In this document: positions 1 through 11,249 of the stretch, one piece after another
How the letters are laid out: each line of letters begins with the position of its first letter
Position numbering within the stretch: position 1 is the first letter of the stretch
Source: Felis catus
Taxonomy: Eukaryota
DNA: 64,000 nt
Assembly: GCF_018350175.1 (NCBI RefSeq)
Contig: NC_058383.1
Location: forward strand, 19,656,001 to 19,720,000
Direction: 5' to 3'
Translations under genes and position numbers: made by a program
Notes under the pieces: model-generated
The model's database searches: none
Seen by the model: only the letters and a program-made list of their open reading frames with translations
Told to the model about the DNA's origin: nothing

Positions 1-379
1 CCCTATTATCATCATGAAACTGTTGTGTTTCAGATGCACAAAGCCCACAATGCTTGTCCCCAAGAGATACTTCTTGAAAAAAATCCCATGACCTGCTAAG
101 TTGAAGCAGCCCCTTGGACTTACGGGAGACCATAATGCACATTTGTGTGTAAAGGCTCTGATAAGTCCTGCAGCAGAGAAACTTATTTTTCTTCATTTAA
201 CCCAACACTTGCCAAATTTCTTTCCCTACTCAACCTTCATCTGTATGTGTGTGTATGCTAAACCCCCAGTTAAACCCCCAAGAGATTTACAATTCCTTGA
301 AATGTACTTTGGAGACGTTAATCTGTTTAGCCTTACGGGGCTGGTTAAGTAAACGGTAGACCCATGTAATGCAGTATTA

Positions 380-850
380 GGTGGCCACTAAAAAGGATGC
401 TGTTGAATGTGTTAGACTTACACCAATGGCCCCAATTCTTCCCAGTCCTCCTGGATCCATGTAACCTTACAGTGCCCACCGCCTCCTTCCCCTCCCCCCT
501 CCTCCCCCCCCGCCCCCCGCCACTGCCCCGGGCAGGGCATTCTCCCCTGGCCTTCGATTTTGGGCTCAACCACGTGACTAGCTCTGGCCAGGAGACTATG
601 AGCAAAAGGGATGCACTGAAGAAGCCTGCTTTGGCACGACCACTGTCTTAAGAACGCACGTGCCAGCCTGCTGGAGGATGTGGACACGTAGCATTCTGCA
701 TTGGGGGACAGGCAGCCACCCCCAGTCATGCGAGCGAGATCAGCAGATCGGCAGAACTGTGTAACCGACCCCAGGCTGACCACAGGGGCGCAGGTGACAA
801 CCTCCAGCGAGGTTGGCCACGCCCAGGTAAGCCGGCTCTCCCGGACCTGA
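380..850. mobile_element. MaLR (MLT1-type) LTR relic
   Basis: Typical MLT1 segments, e.g. CACGTGACTAGCTCTGGCCA and GCCAGCCTGCTGGAGGATG. Confidence 0.6.
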
Positions 851-1280
851 GCTAAGTAAGCCTCGCCTGCTACATGCTCCTGGGGTTTTGTGCTTTGTTG
901 CCATTCTCCGTCCAGTTGTTCCTCACCACCTGCACTTCTAACCCCATAGATGCATCCCATATAATACACGGCTGGGGAATAGAAGTCAGCAGCGCAGACA
1001 CCCAGAAAGAAAGCACAGTTCAAATCCCTCCAAATCACAAGGCCACGTACACATTCGTATCACCTCTTCCAGACTTGTATCTATACAGACAGGGAGATAA
1101 GTACGCATTTTGTTTCCCCAACTAGCAGCACCCTCTTCCTCCTGAAACTTAAGTTTTAAGCTTAATATATCATTAAATATCATTCCATACCCCTATAGAT
1201 TCAAAGCATCGAACTAGTGGGATCTCACTGTGTGTCACTGGATTTTAGCCTTTATTGATTACTCTTACTGCTTTGTTGTT

Positions 1281-1520
1281 CTTTGTTTTGTGTTTTTTTG
1301 TTTTTTTAATTTTTTTAAATGTTTGTTTATTTTTGAGACAGAGAGAGACAGAGCGCGAGTGGGGGAGGGGCAGAGAGAGAGGGAGACACAGAATCGGAAA
1401 CAGGCTCCAGGCTCCGAGCTGTCAGCACAGAGCCCTATGCGAGGCTCGAACCCACGAACTGTGAGATCACAACCCGAGCCGAAGTCAGATGCTTAACCGA
1501 CTGAGCCACCCAGGCGCCCC
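1281..1520 (-). mobile_element. Carnivore SINE (SINEC/CanSINE)
   Basis: Reverse complement of GGGGCGCCTGGGTGGCTCAGTCGGTTAAG head, (CT)n and A tail. Confidence 0.95.
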
Positions 1521-1637
1521 TGTTTTGTTTTTTTAAGGTACGATATTGATCTTTTTTCCTATTACAAAAGCCACATGGGATCACCGTAGACAATTCGGAA
1601 AAGAGAGACATGCAAACGTACAACAAGAATGCCTGTA

Positions 1638-1845
1638 GGGGGCGCCTGGGTGGCTCCGTCAGTGAAGCCCCTGGCTGGCTCTTCACTTCTGCTGGGGTCC
1701 AGGTCTCCAGGTCTGTGGGACTGAGCCCCAGGTCGGGCTCTGTGCCGACAGGGCAGAACCCGCTTGGGATTCTCCGTCTCCTCTCTCTGCCCCACCCCTG
1801 CTCACAGGTGCACGCTCTCTCTCTCTCAAAACTAAAAAAACTTAA
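1638..1845 (+). mobile_element. Carnivore SINE
   Basis: SINE head, (CT)n, A tail; degenerate TSD AGAATGCCTGTA/AGAACGGCTGTA. Confidence 0.9.
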
Positions 1846-3068
1846 AACAGAACGGCTGTAATTCCGTCACCTGGAAAAATGCCCCTGGAGACATCTGGCA
1901 TCCAAATCTAGTCCTTTCCACGCGTACCTAGTTTGACAGATCGGGCCGGTACAACGTCTTCTGTTTTGGAGCTTGTGCTTACATCCTGCCCCCCTCCCTC
2001 CTCTCCCCGCAATGGCTGTGCAGCGTATTCCTGAAGTTTTAACACCTGCTCTGTCCCTTACTCCTTACGAGCCTTGAGCAAACCGCTTAACCCCTCCGTG
2101 CCTCAGTTTCCCGCCCTGTGAAGTGGCGCTAGGAACGGCCCCCACCTGACCAGGGTGCTGTGGGCACTGAATGGGCTAACACACGCAGGGTCCTCAAACA
2201 GTGACCTGAACACAGCCACGGCCCAAGGAGTCGCTTTCGTGAAGGGAAATGCTCCGGAGTGGGATCTCGCCGGGTCAAGGGGCGTGCGCTTCCCCCCACG
2301 ACACTCGCGGCACGTGGCGCCCGCTAAAACGCGAGGTATGGAGGAGGCAGGTTTCCCGGCGGCGATGCTCACAGCATCCGCTCTCCCTGTCCCCGTGTGG
2401 GTCTCCACCTCGGCGTCGCATTCAGCCAAGCGGCGGCCAGGCTTCCTCCTGGGGCTTGGGAGCTATGTGCGGTTCAAGGCAGTCCCGCGGTCATCATCGC
2501 AGCCTGGGCCTCCTTACCTGCAACGTGCAGATGAGACGGAGCCTAACCTCGCAGCTGTACTGCAGAGACGAAGTGACACGCAGACCTGAAGCCCTCCGCA
2601 CGGTGTCTGCGCAGCATGGGGGGCGGGGAGGGGGGCTTTGTGTCCCTGCCGGAAGCTCCCCAGGGACTCTGTTCCCCTTGCAGGGCCTCCCCAGCGGGGC
2701 CCCGCCCCCCTCTGCACCTGGCCCCAGCACCTGTGCGCGGTGCTCCCGCCACCGGCCACATCCTCGCTCCTTGCTGCTCGTGAAACACACGAAACCCATT
2801 CCCGAGTGCACACCTTCCCCCTCGCTGTCCTCTTCATTCACCTTCCCCCTCAGTCTGTCTCTGTTTTATTCATTTTGTGTATTTGTTTGTTCACAATGAA
2901 TAAATCACTCCTTAAGGCTCCAGTGTCTATTTCGGAGAACGCGGTCATTCATTCTCCTGCAGCCACAATGCAACCGCCAAAATCAGGACATTAACACTGA
3001 CGCATGACTGTCGGCGGGTCCGCAGACCCTGTTTCGGTCTTGCTCGTTGCCTCCACAGAGCTCCTTCT

Positions 3069-3288
3069 TTTAAAAAATTTTTTTCTTAATGTTTTTATTT
3101 ATTTTTGAGACAGAGAGAGAGCATGAGCAGGGAAGGGGCACAGAGAGAGGGAGACACAGAATCGGAAGCAGGCTCCAGGCTCCGAGCCGTCAGCACAGAG
3201 CCCGACGTGGGGCTCGAACTCGCGGACCGTGAGATCATGACCTGAGCCGAAGTCGGACGCTTAACCGACTGAGCCACCCAGGCGCCCC
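3069..3288 (-). mobile_element. Carnivore SINE with perfect 17-bp TSD
   Basis: TSD TCCACAGAGCTCCTTCT at 3052-3068 and 3289-3305. Confidence 0.97.
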
Positions 3289-3409
3289 TCCACAGAGCTC
3301 CTTCTAATGAGTCCAGGATCCGAGCAGGGAAAGTGCATGACGGGCCTGGAATCCTTGTGTCAGAGAGTAAGGACGCGCTCCAAGAATGATGGGCTCTCGT
3401 CAAAAAAAA

Positions 3410-3920
3410 AGACACAGGGGCCAGCTAAACTGTGTCCACCGGCCCACACGGGCACAACTGAAGCACCCCAATAAAGGTACAGTAACCAACTGTAACCCCT
3501 GGAGTTCAATAGGGGTGCGGGAGTCTGTCCCGATTTAGATCTATACGCGGGGCAGAGAGAGCGGCTGTGTTTCAGCAGGGGCAGCCTCTAAGCATCTGCC
3601 CACAAAATTCGTATTGTCTATTGACTAACGAATCAAAACGCTTGTTAACTTTACCGCATCCTATGCTTCATATACATGTGTGCGTAAAACCGGAGATGTG
3701 CAGAACCCTGGGAGGCACCACCTTCAACCAAGTGGTCAAAGGTAACATCTCCAGGAACGGGACAAAGCAGGGTCATGAGCTCTCCGGGACTATCCCCTGA
3801 GAACACAGCCTTCCTTCTCTGGCGTTGCTGCCCCAAGGGCACAAATCACAGGGGAGTGTCAGACAAATCTAACGGAGAAGTCCATAAAAGAACCAGGCTG
3901 TGGTTTTCCAAAAATGCCGG
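3410..3920 (+). mobile_element. Old L1 (L1MC-like) 3' UTR fragment
   Basis: CACCACCTTCAACCAAGTGGTCAAAGGTAACATC resembles L1MC 3' UTR. Confidence 0.55.
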
Positions 3921-5235
3921 GGGCGGAGGGGGGGGGGGGAGACAAAAGGCAAGGAAAGTTCAGAAGAGCTGTTCTTTTTCAGTTGCCTGTCATCCTGAGA
4001 GCTGTCATTTGTCTTGTTCACTGCCAAGTTCCTGGTGCCTACGTTGGTGCCTGGCGTACAACAGCTGCTCAGTTAATGTTTGTGGAATAAAGTCATTTTG
4101 GACGTGATGTGGGGCCTCTAATGGGCTCAGCACGGGTCTGGAAACCCTCCCCAGGGGGAACCTGGTATCTGTTCCAAGCCCCAACTCGCTTCCCTTCAAG
4201 AGTCACAGTGAAGAACAAGGAAGAAGGGGCGGGAGTGGAGTGGTGGACCCGTGACTCTGGTGTCCTCCACGAGGTCCTGGTGACGCTGCCTCTGACAAGT
4301 TCACACGGGGCCACAGCCTCCTATGGCAGAGACGGCAAAGGTGTCACTTTCGCCCCGATTTTGAATGAAGAGAAACAGAGAGGGCAAGACGTGCGTACAA
4401 GGTCACACAGCAGCTATGGCAGCCCGGTTGCTATCTCTGATCTGTTTCAGAGGGCATAACCCGATCGCCCCCCACCCCCAAAACACACGCCCCCCACCCC
4501 CAAAACACACACCCCAGCTGGCTTCACAGGGACGCGCAGGTGCTGCGTTTCAGAAGTCACAGCCCAGGAGCGCTGACCGAAGAGCCTCCCTGAATATTGC
4601 AAGGGATGAAGGACAGGGACGCGGACGAATAAAAGAATGAAAAAGAACAGTTACCAAGTGCTCGGGTCAAGCCTAAAGCAAGAAGAAATCATCATCCCAC
4701 GGCCACACTCTCAGTCATGGGATTCCTGACCCTCTGAGCCGGCAGGCAACCCCTGACCCAGCTGCCAACCCACATCGGGATGCCACGCACAGTGTATCCT
4801 CCCTCCGACCGGCTGCAGCCCCGCTCAGCTCCAGGTCACGGCTGAGCAGAACTGAGACTGGAAGCGGTTTCCTCAGATCGAGCCGAAGATTTGTGTAAAC
4901 ACAAGCCCTCTTGTCAAGTGCTCACAGTGTGCCTGGCACTTAGCTGAGTACGTTAGGAACATTACCTTCTTGAATCTGCCCAAGAGGCCTGCTACATGGG
5001 CTGTTACTTCAGCTTTCCACCTGAGGGAACTGAGGCCAGAGGTCAAACAGCTTGCCCGTCAGGTCCCACAGCTGGCAAGAGGGGAGCACTAGAGTCAGAA
5101 GCCAGTCTATTGGCCTCTGAGCCCGAAGTTCATTCTGGCATTATCAGTGCCTTCACCTCCTCCCAGGACTGCAGAAAGGGCTCAACGGGGTGAATGAAGT
5201 AAGTCAGGAAGAGCTGGCCCCCCTGCTTGCCAATT

Positions 5236-5465
5236 TCTTTCTTTCTTTCTTTTTAAAACGTTTTAATGTTTATTTGCTTTTGAAGGAAAGAGAGAGCGTG
5301 AGCAGGGGAGGGGCAGAGAGAGAGGGAGACACAGAATCGGAAGCAGGCTCCAGGCTCCGAGCTGTCAGCACAGACCCCGACGCGCGGGGGGCTTGAACTC
5401 ACAAGCCGCGAGATCACGACCTGAGATAAGGGTGGACGCTTGACCGACTGAGCCACCCAACGCCC
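5236..5465 (-). mobile_element. Carnivore SINE
   Basis: Consensus match; TSD TGCCAATTTCT/TGTCAATTTCT. Confidence 0.93.
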
Positions 5466-6277
5466 CTGTCAATTTCTAACGTCAGCTGCCCAAGCGAAGA
5501 ACCAGGAACAGCAGAAAAGACTCAGGGCTTTTGATGTCTACAAATGCCCCACACGCCGAAGGTGAAGCAGCACCTTAAAAACACACACACACACACAAAA
5601 GACAGTGAAAGTCATATTAACAGAGATATGAAAGCCAGGACAAGGGAGGGGACAGTGCCCAACCACACCTGTGTATCCCTTTGGAAGAAACCCTGCTGAT
5701 CTGAAGCTTGTCTAGAGGATGATTGAGAACTGACACAGAGAGGGCCTGAAAATCCCAGAGGGCCTAGGAAGTTTTTGCCTAAAGGTTCTGCCCCCCTACA
5801 CCCTATAGGCTCATGATTCACTTAACAAACATACAATATTTCCCATGTGCCAAGTTTCCTTGTGAACACAGCACTTTGATTAATTCATTCAATACTCAAC
5901 GCAGCCCTACGAAGTAGGTACTATTCATTCTTTCCCCCATTTTTAGATGAGGCAACCAAAGCACAGAAGGAATAAGTGACTTGTCTGAGGGTACAGAGCC
6001 GTGGAGGTCACGAGATCTGAACAGGGGCCGTCAGGTTCGGGGGGCCTCAGCTCCTAACCACTATCTCTGTCTGGAAGGCACAGTCCTTAATGTTTTGGAG
6101 ATCACCGATCCGTCTGAATATGTGATGCAAACTCCAAACCCTCCTTCTCGAAAAGTGCACACGTTACATTTTGCATCCCATTTTAGGGGCTCACAGCTCC
6201 CCACAGCCCAGGCTAAGGGCTCCAGGTCAAAGACCCCTCCTCTAGGCAATGAGTGGTTTTTAAGGGTCTTTGAATTA

Positions 6278-6493
6278 AATTTCTTTTAAGTTTATTTTGA
6301 AAGACAGAGACGGGGGGAGGGGGCAGAGCATGAGTGGAGGAGGGGCAGAGAGAGGAGGAAACACAGAATCTGAAGCAGGCCCCAGGCTCTGAGCTGTCAG
6401 CACAGAGCCCGACGCGGGACTCGAACTCACGGACCACGAGACCATGACCTGAGCCGAAGTCAGACGCGTAACTGACAGCCACCCAGGTGCCCC
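6278..6493 (-). mobile_element. Carnivore SINE
   Basis: Consensus match; TSD TAAGGGTCTTTGAA/TAAGGGTCTCTGAA. Confidence 0.93.
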
Positions 6494-6654
6494 TTAAGGG
6501 TCTCTGAACAGGGTTGTGGCAAGATTTTCCAAAGGGCTAGTCTGGGGCTGAGAGAATGATGGGGCAGGGGCAGGGGCAGGGCAGGCGGCAAGGAATTAGC
6601 AGTTACTGCAAACATGAGTCACTTCGTTTCTTCGCCACACTGCAGGCAGAATCA

Positions 6655-6874
6655 TTTTTTTTTTTAAGGTTATTTATTTTTGAGAGAGACAGACAGAGAG
6701 AGAGAGTGGGAGAGAGGCAGAGAGAGAGAGAGAGGGAAACACAGAATCCAAAGCGGGCTTCAGGCTCCGAGCTGTCAACACAGAGTCCGATGCGGGGCTC
6801 AAACCCACAAACCATGAGATCATGACCCGAGCCAAAGTCAGACGCTTAACCTGCTGAGAGCCCCTCAGGCGCCC
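6655..6874 (-). mobile_element. Carnivore SINE
   Basis: Consensus match; TSD GGCAGAATCATTT/GGCAGAGTCATTT. Confidence 0.93.
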
Positions 6875-7034
6875 CGGCAGAGTCATTTCACCATCAGAAA
6901 CCAGGCCATGAACTGCCTGCTCAAGCCCTTCGTTAGCCTCTGGCTCCCAAAGGGTGTCTTCGCCCAGGGACAAGGATGCCTGGAGTTCATGGCCCATCCA
7001 AGAGGAGCATCTCTGACTCAGCATTCAACCCAAG

Positions 7035-7465
7035 CCCGGGAGTGAAAACAGCCCGTCCAAAAGGGTGCACCCTGTGTGATTCCATTTATGTCACATTCTT
7101 GAAATGACAAACTTATGGAAACGGAGAACAGATTCACAGGCGGCGGGTAGGAAGGGAGGTCCGTGTGGCTATAAAAGGGCGACACGGGCTCCTCGAGTCG
7201 CGGCTGCTGTGCTGGCGAAACAAACCTGCACGCGGGGTAAAGCTCCTCAGAACCAAACACACGCAAATGGGTACAAGGGAAACAGGGGCGCTCAGCGGAT
7301 CCTATCAATGTCAATATCCCGGCTAGGCTACTGTGTTTTGTGAGACGGCGCTCTTGGGCAGACACTGACTCTGTTATTTCTTACAACTGTGTGTGAGTCT
7401 ACAATCACCTTAAAATCAGAAGTGTCAGAAAATGCAAACACCAAAAACCAAAACCAACCAAACAA
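7035..7465 (+). mobile_element. L1MC-like 3' end fragment with degenerate A-rich tail
   Basis: GATTCCATTTATGTCACATTCTTGAAATGACAAA...CTCTGTTATTTCTTACAACTGTGTGTGAGTCTACAATCACCTTAAAAT typical of L1MC 3' terminus. Confidence 0.75.
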
Positions 7466-7818
7466 AACCTTAAGCCCCCTGATGATCTGGCCCGGTACAC
7501 ATCCCCCGTTCCCTCCCACCCCGTCCCCGTCCCCGTCCCCCACGAGCCTTTGGTCCCACTGGCCTCCGAGCACCTTGACGCACTCCTAAGCCCTCTTCTC
7601 CCTCACAGCCTTTACACCCAGAAACCCTACCCACTGAGGGTGCCCCCCGTTAACTGCTCATCACAACACCCTGTTTATCTCTGTCCTACACTTACCACCA
7701 TCTCTGTTCGTATCACTGAGGTTACACGTGTGAATGTTTATTTCAGAATGTAGCCGGCAAAGACTGAGAGATCTGACTGCAAAAATGTTTTCAACTTCCC
7801 CAGTTCAAAATGCACCAC

Positions 7819-7847
<29 letters not shown>

Positions 7848-7850
<3 letters not shown>

Positions 7851-8032
7851 ACGCCTCGGGGGGCTCAGGGCGTTGACTCCTGTTTTCAGCTCAGGTCATG
7901 ATCCCAGGACTGTGGGATCGAGCCCTGTGTTGGGGCTCCGTGCTGAGTGTGGAGCCTGCTTAAGATTCTCTCTCTCTCTGCCTCTACCTCTCTCCACCCT
8001 CCCCTCTCTCAGATTTAAAAAAAAAAAAAAAG
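7848..8032 (+). mobile_element. Carnivore SINE (older subfamily)
   Basis: Degenerate head, CAGCTCAGGTCATGATCCCAGG core, (CT)n and A tail. Confidence 0.85.
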
Positions 8033-8146
8033 CAAGCAAAGACTAGACAAAGATAGCAATCTACATTGTAGACAGCTAATGACCTTCCTATAAAGAGACC
8101 TTACAAATCAGTAAGACAAACATCCCTTTAAGAAAACAGGCAAAGG

Positions 8147-8392
8147 TGGGGCGCCTGAGTGGCTCAGTCAGTTAAGCGGCCGACTTCAGCTCAGGTCGTG
8201 ATCTCATGGCTCGTGGGTTTGAGCCCCGCACCGGGCTCTGTGCTGACAGCTCAGAGCCTGGAGCCTGCTTCGGATTCTGTGTCTCCCTCTCTCTCTGCCC
8301 CTTCCCTGCTCACGGTCTGTCTCTCCCTGTCTCTCAAAAATGAATAAATGTAAAATATTTAAAAAAAAAAAAAAAAAAGAAGAAGAAAAAAA
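8147..8392 (+). mobile_element. Carnivore SINE
   Basis: Consensus match; TSD AAAACAGGCAAAGG. Confidence 0.95.
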
Positions 8393-9486
8393 ACAGGCAA
8401 AGGGCATAAATTATTCACCCAAGAACTATTCCACGTTGGCAAAACATGAAACAGCCCCTCTCATTCTGCTGCTAGTTCGCAATGTTCTGAGTGTAGAGGA
8501 TCACCCATAACATTTAAATTATTTGTCTATATATGTATTGCTTGTCCCCCCCCCCCCCGCCCCACACACCCCATCAGAAGGCAAGCCCCATGAGGACAGA
8601 GCTTTATGGTCATTGTTTTGTCCCCAGGACCTGAATAGTGCCTGACACATACATAGTATATGCTCAATAAACATGTATTGAATGAGTGGCTAAAAATCAA
8701 GAATAACAGATTCTGTAATCTATTTTCAAACGCGGGGTGCCGAGCTGTTGCTTATGATGATTGCTATGCATACACCTCTATAAGGCAGGCTGCCATTGAA
8801 ACCCCCATTTTGCACAGGAGGAGACAGAGGCACAGAGAAGTTACACAGCTAGGATTTGAACCCAGGCAGCCTCACTCCAGAAGCCACGTGCCTGACCGCT
8901 TGTTTTTGCCGCCTCTTGAAGTGAAATCCCTGCCACCCTGGGAATGCGGTGTTATGGCCAAAACTGAGGCCTAGAGACGGGCAAGTGACAAAACCAAGGT
9001 CAGGGAGGTAGGAAGCAGCACTTAGTGAAAGCCTGAGCCGGGAAGAGGTCAGAAGTGCTCTGAGTGGGAAAACCCTCCTGCTGGCAGTGAAATACACTTA
9101 ACTCACTCTTTCTGTTGGGGAGGAGGGGAGTGGAGAGTCTTGAAATGTCAAGGCCAGTGGCAGTCAGGCAGTGACCGGGCCGGCTCTTCCTGAGCCCAAA
9201 AGGGTTGCAAGGCCGCCCACACCGGCTCCTCTTTCCTCTCTTGACCGCAAACCGGCTCGAAGGGGGGCTGGACGGGCAGACAGGATGCAGCCAGTCCCAT
9301 GAGGAGCAAACGCATGTGAAGAGGAAGTCGATGACAGCAGGGGCTGACGGTGGCCTCCCTGGGGGGGAGCCACCGGCCCCTGAAACTCCACAGTCTTAAG
9401 CCTGCCTGGAGCTTCCTCTGGCCTCCGGGACAGCTAGGCCAGTCTGGCGGGGAGCCAGGGGCACACTTCTCCTCCCAGCGGTCGCC

Positions 9487-9521
9487 TTCCCAGAAGCGCT
9501 GCCCGGCAGAGCTTCCCGGAA
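9487..9521. promoter_or_regulatory. Tandem GAS (STAT) motifs TTCCCAGAA and TTCCCGGAA
   Basis: Two perfect TTCN3GAA at 9487-9495 and 9513-9521, 17 bp apart, in non-repetitive CpG-enriched DNA; function inferred. Confidence 0.6.
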
Positions 9522-11033
9522 CCGGCAGCCGCGTCAGCAGCCCCGCCTGGCCGGCAAGGCGGGCCAGGCCAGGGCCCCAAGACCGAAAGCAGAGTGAGGG
9601 GTGACGGCAGGCTGCCTCCACTACTGCCGGAGGCAAGAACCGGCCACCTTGGCCAACAGAGCCAGGCGGGCTCCCCGCGCACCTACTGTGTGCTCCCACC
9701 CCTTGCCCGCGTGTATTCTCACGGCGGCGGTTACTAAGCTACTACTACGTGCCGGCGACCGCAGACGCGGGAGAAGCCATTCATGCATTCGCTCACTCAC
9801 TTCCTCCCCCTGACAAATACTTGAGAAGATAAGTCACTGGAGGTTTTTGAGCAGAGACGTGACATTATGAGACGTTTCAAGCCATCTCTCCGGTTATGTG
9901 GTCTACAGGGCCCACGGGGTGAAGGGCAGAAGCAGGTACCGGTGAGGAGCCTGCTGCGCTGGTCCAGGCAGCAGGTGCCGGGAAGGGTCTGTAAGAGCAG
10001 GCTGGATTCTAGATCTGTCGAGGGCACAGCCAACAGCATTTGCTGACCGCACAGACTTTGCCGAGAGAAGAGAGCCATCAAAAAGGCTAGATCTGGTCTT
10101 GTCAGGATGCCACGCAGTGTGGGAGGGACCCATGCGGGAAGCAGGCCTGCAGAGGGGCTGTGGGAACAGCATCAGGAAAGGTACGACGAGGCTGTCGGCA
10201 GGCAGCCGTCAGGGAGGTCCTCGAGGGTCAAGTGTCCCTAGAGGGACCCCCCAGGGGAGGGCAGGGGTGCCGTGTGCAGAGGGAGGAAGACCTTCCCACG
10301 CACGGGAGGCGCCGTGGACTCCGTGAAGGCAGGCCACGTCGCGTCCTCTGTAAGCAGAAGGCCAAGCCCGGCGGCCGGTGCAGGGTACCCCCTCAACAAG
10401 CAACCCTGCGTCTTCCACCTTGTTCTTATTTCTACACTTACACGGTGCTCCCCCAGTGCCAGCCGCTGTTCTAGATGCTCTAAGTCCTCACTGTGAGGGG
10501 GTGACAATGATTAAGCCCATTTTTGATCCTGAGGAATCTCGGGAGAAGGAAAGAGACGGGGAAAGTGACGAGTGAAGAATGAGTGAATAGCCAGGGAGGA
10601 TGGAGGGCATGGCCCATCCCCCACCCCGCAAGATAGGCCGTGGGCTGCAGGGACGGACAGAAGGAGAGGTCAACACTGCCAACCAGGCACAGTGCGTGAT
10701 TCAGACCCCATCCATCCCCAGTGCAACGGGGAGCCACTGAAGGCTGTTAGGCAGGGCAGGAGCAGGTGCACCAGCCAGAAAGTCCACTCCACCTTCGGTA
10801 TGGAGAAGGGCTGTAGGTTCGAGGCCGAGGTGGCCGGGCTGAGGGGCGTGCTGGGTGCTGCTGGAGACGAGGGGCAGACTCAGCCCTGCACGGGAGGTAA
10901 GGGTGGTGAACTTGCCGATGGCTGGCAGTGGGCGCCAGGAAGATCATGCGCCCCCCCCCCCCCCATGCCGGGGACACGGGGAGTCGAAGCAGGTGGTGGG
11001 GAGTGGGCATCCAGTCCGGGAGGCAATATATTC

Positions 11034-11249
11034 CTTTTTAAATTTTTTTTAATGTTTATTTTTGAGACAGAGAAAGACACAGCATGAACGGGGGAGGGGC
11101 AGAGAGAGAGGGAGACACAGAATCCGAAACAGGCTCCAGGCTCCGAGCTGTCAGCACAGAGCCCGATGTGGGGCTCGAACTCACAAGGAGTGAGATCATG
11201 ACCTGAGCTGAAGTCAGACGCTACACCGACCGAGCCCCCCAGGCGCCCC
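11034..11249 (-). mobile_element. Carnivore SINE
   Basis: Consensus match; TSD GGAGGCAATA(T/C)ATTC. Confidence 0.95.

Noticed and set aside
293..2939. Single GAS matches at 293-301 and 2931-2939
   Set aside because: Isolated 9-mers in or next to repeat relics; expected by chance in 64 kb
2103..2994. Several 100-216-aa ORFs in a CpG-enriched stretch
   Set aside because: Overlapping on both strands, no recognisable domain or exon structure; partly MIR/L1-derived
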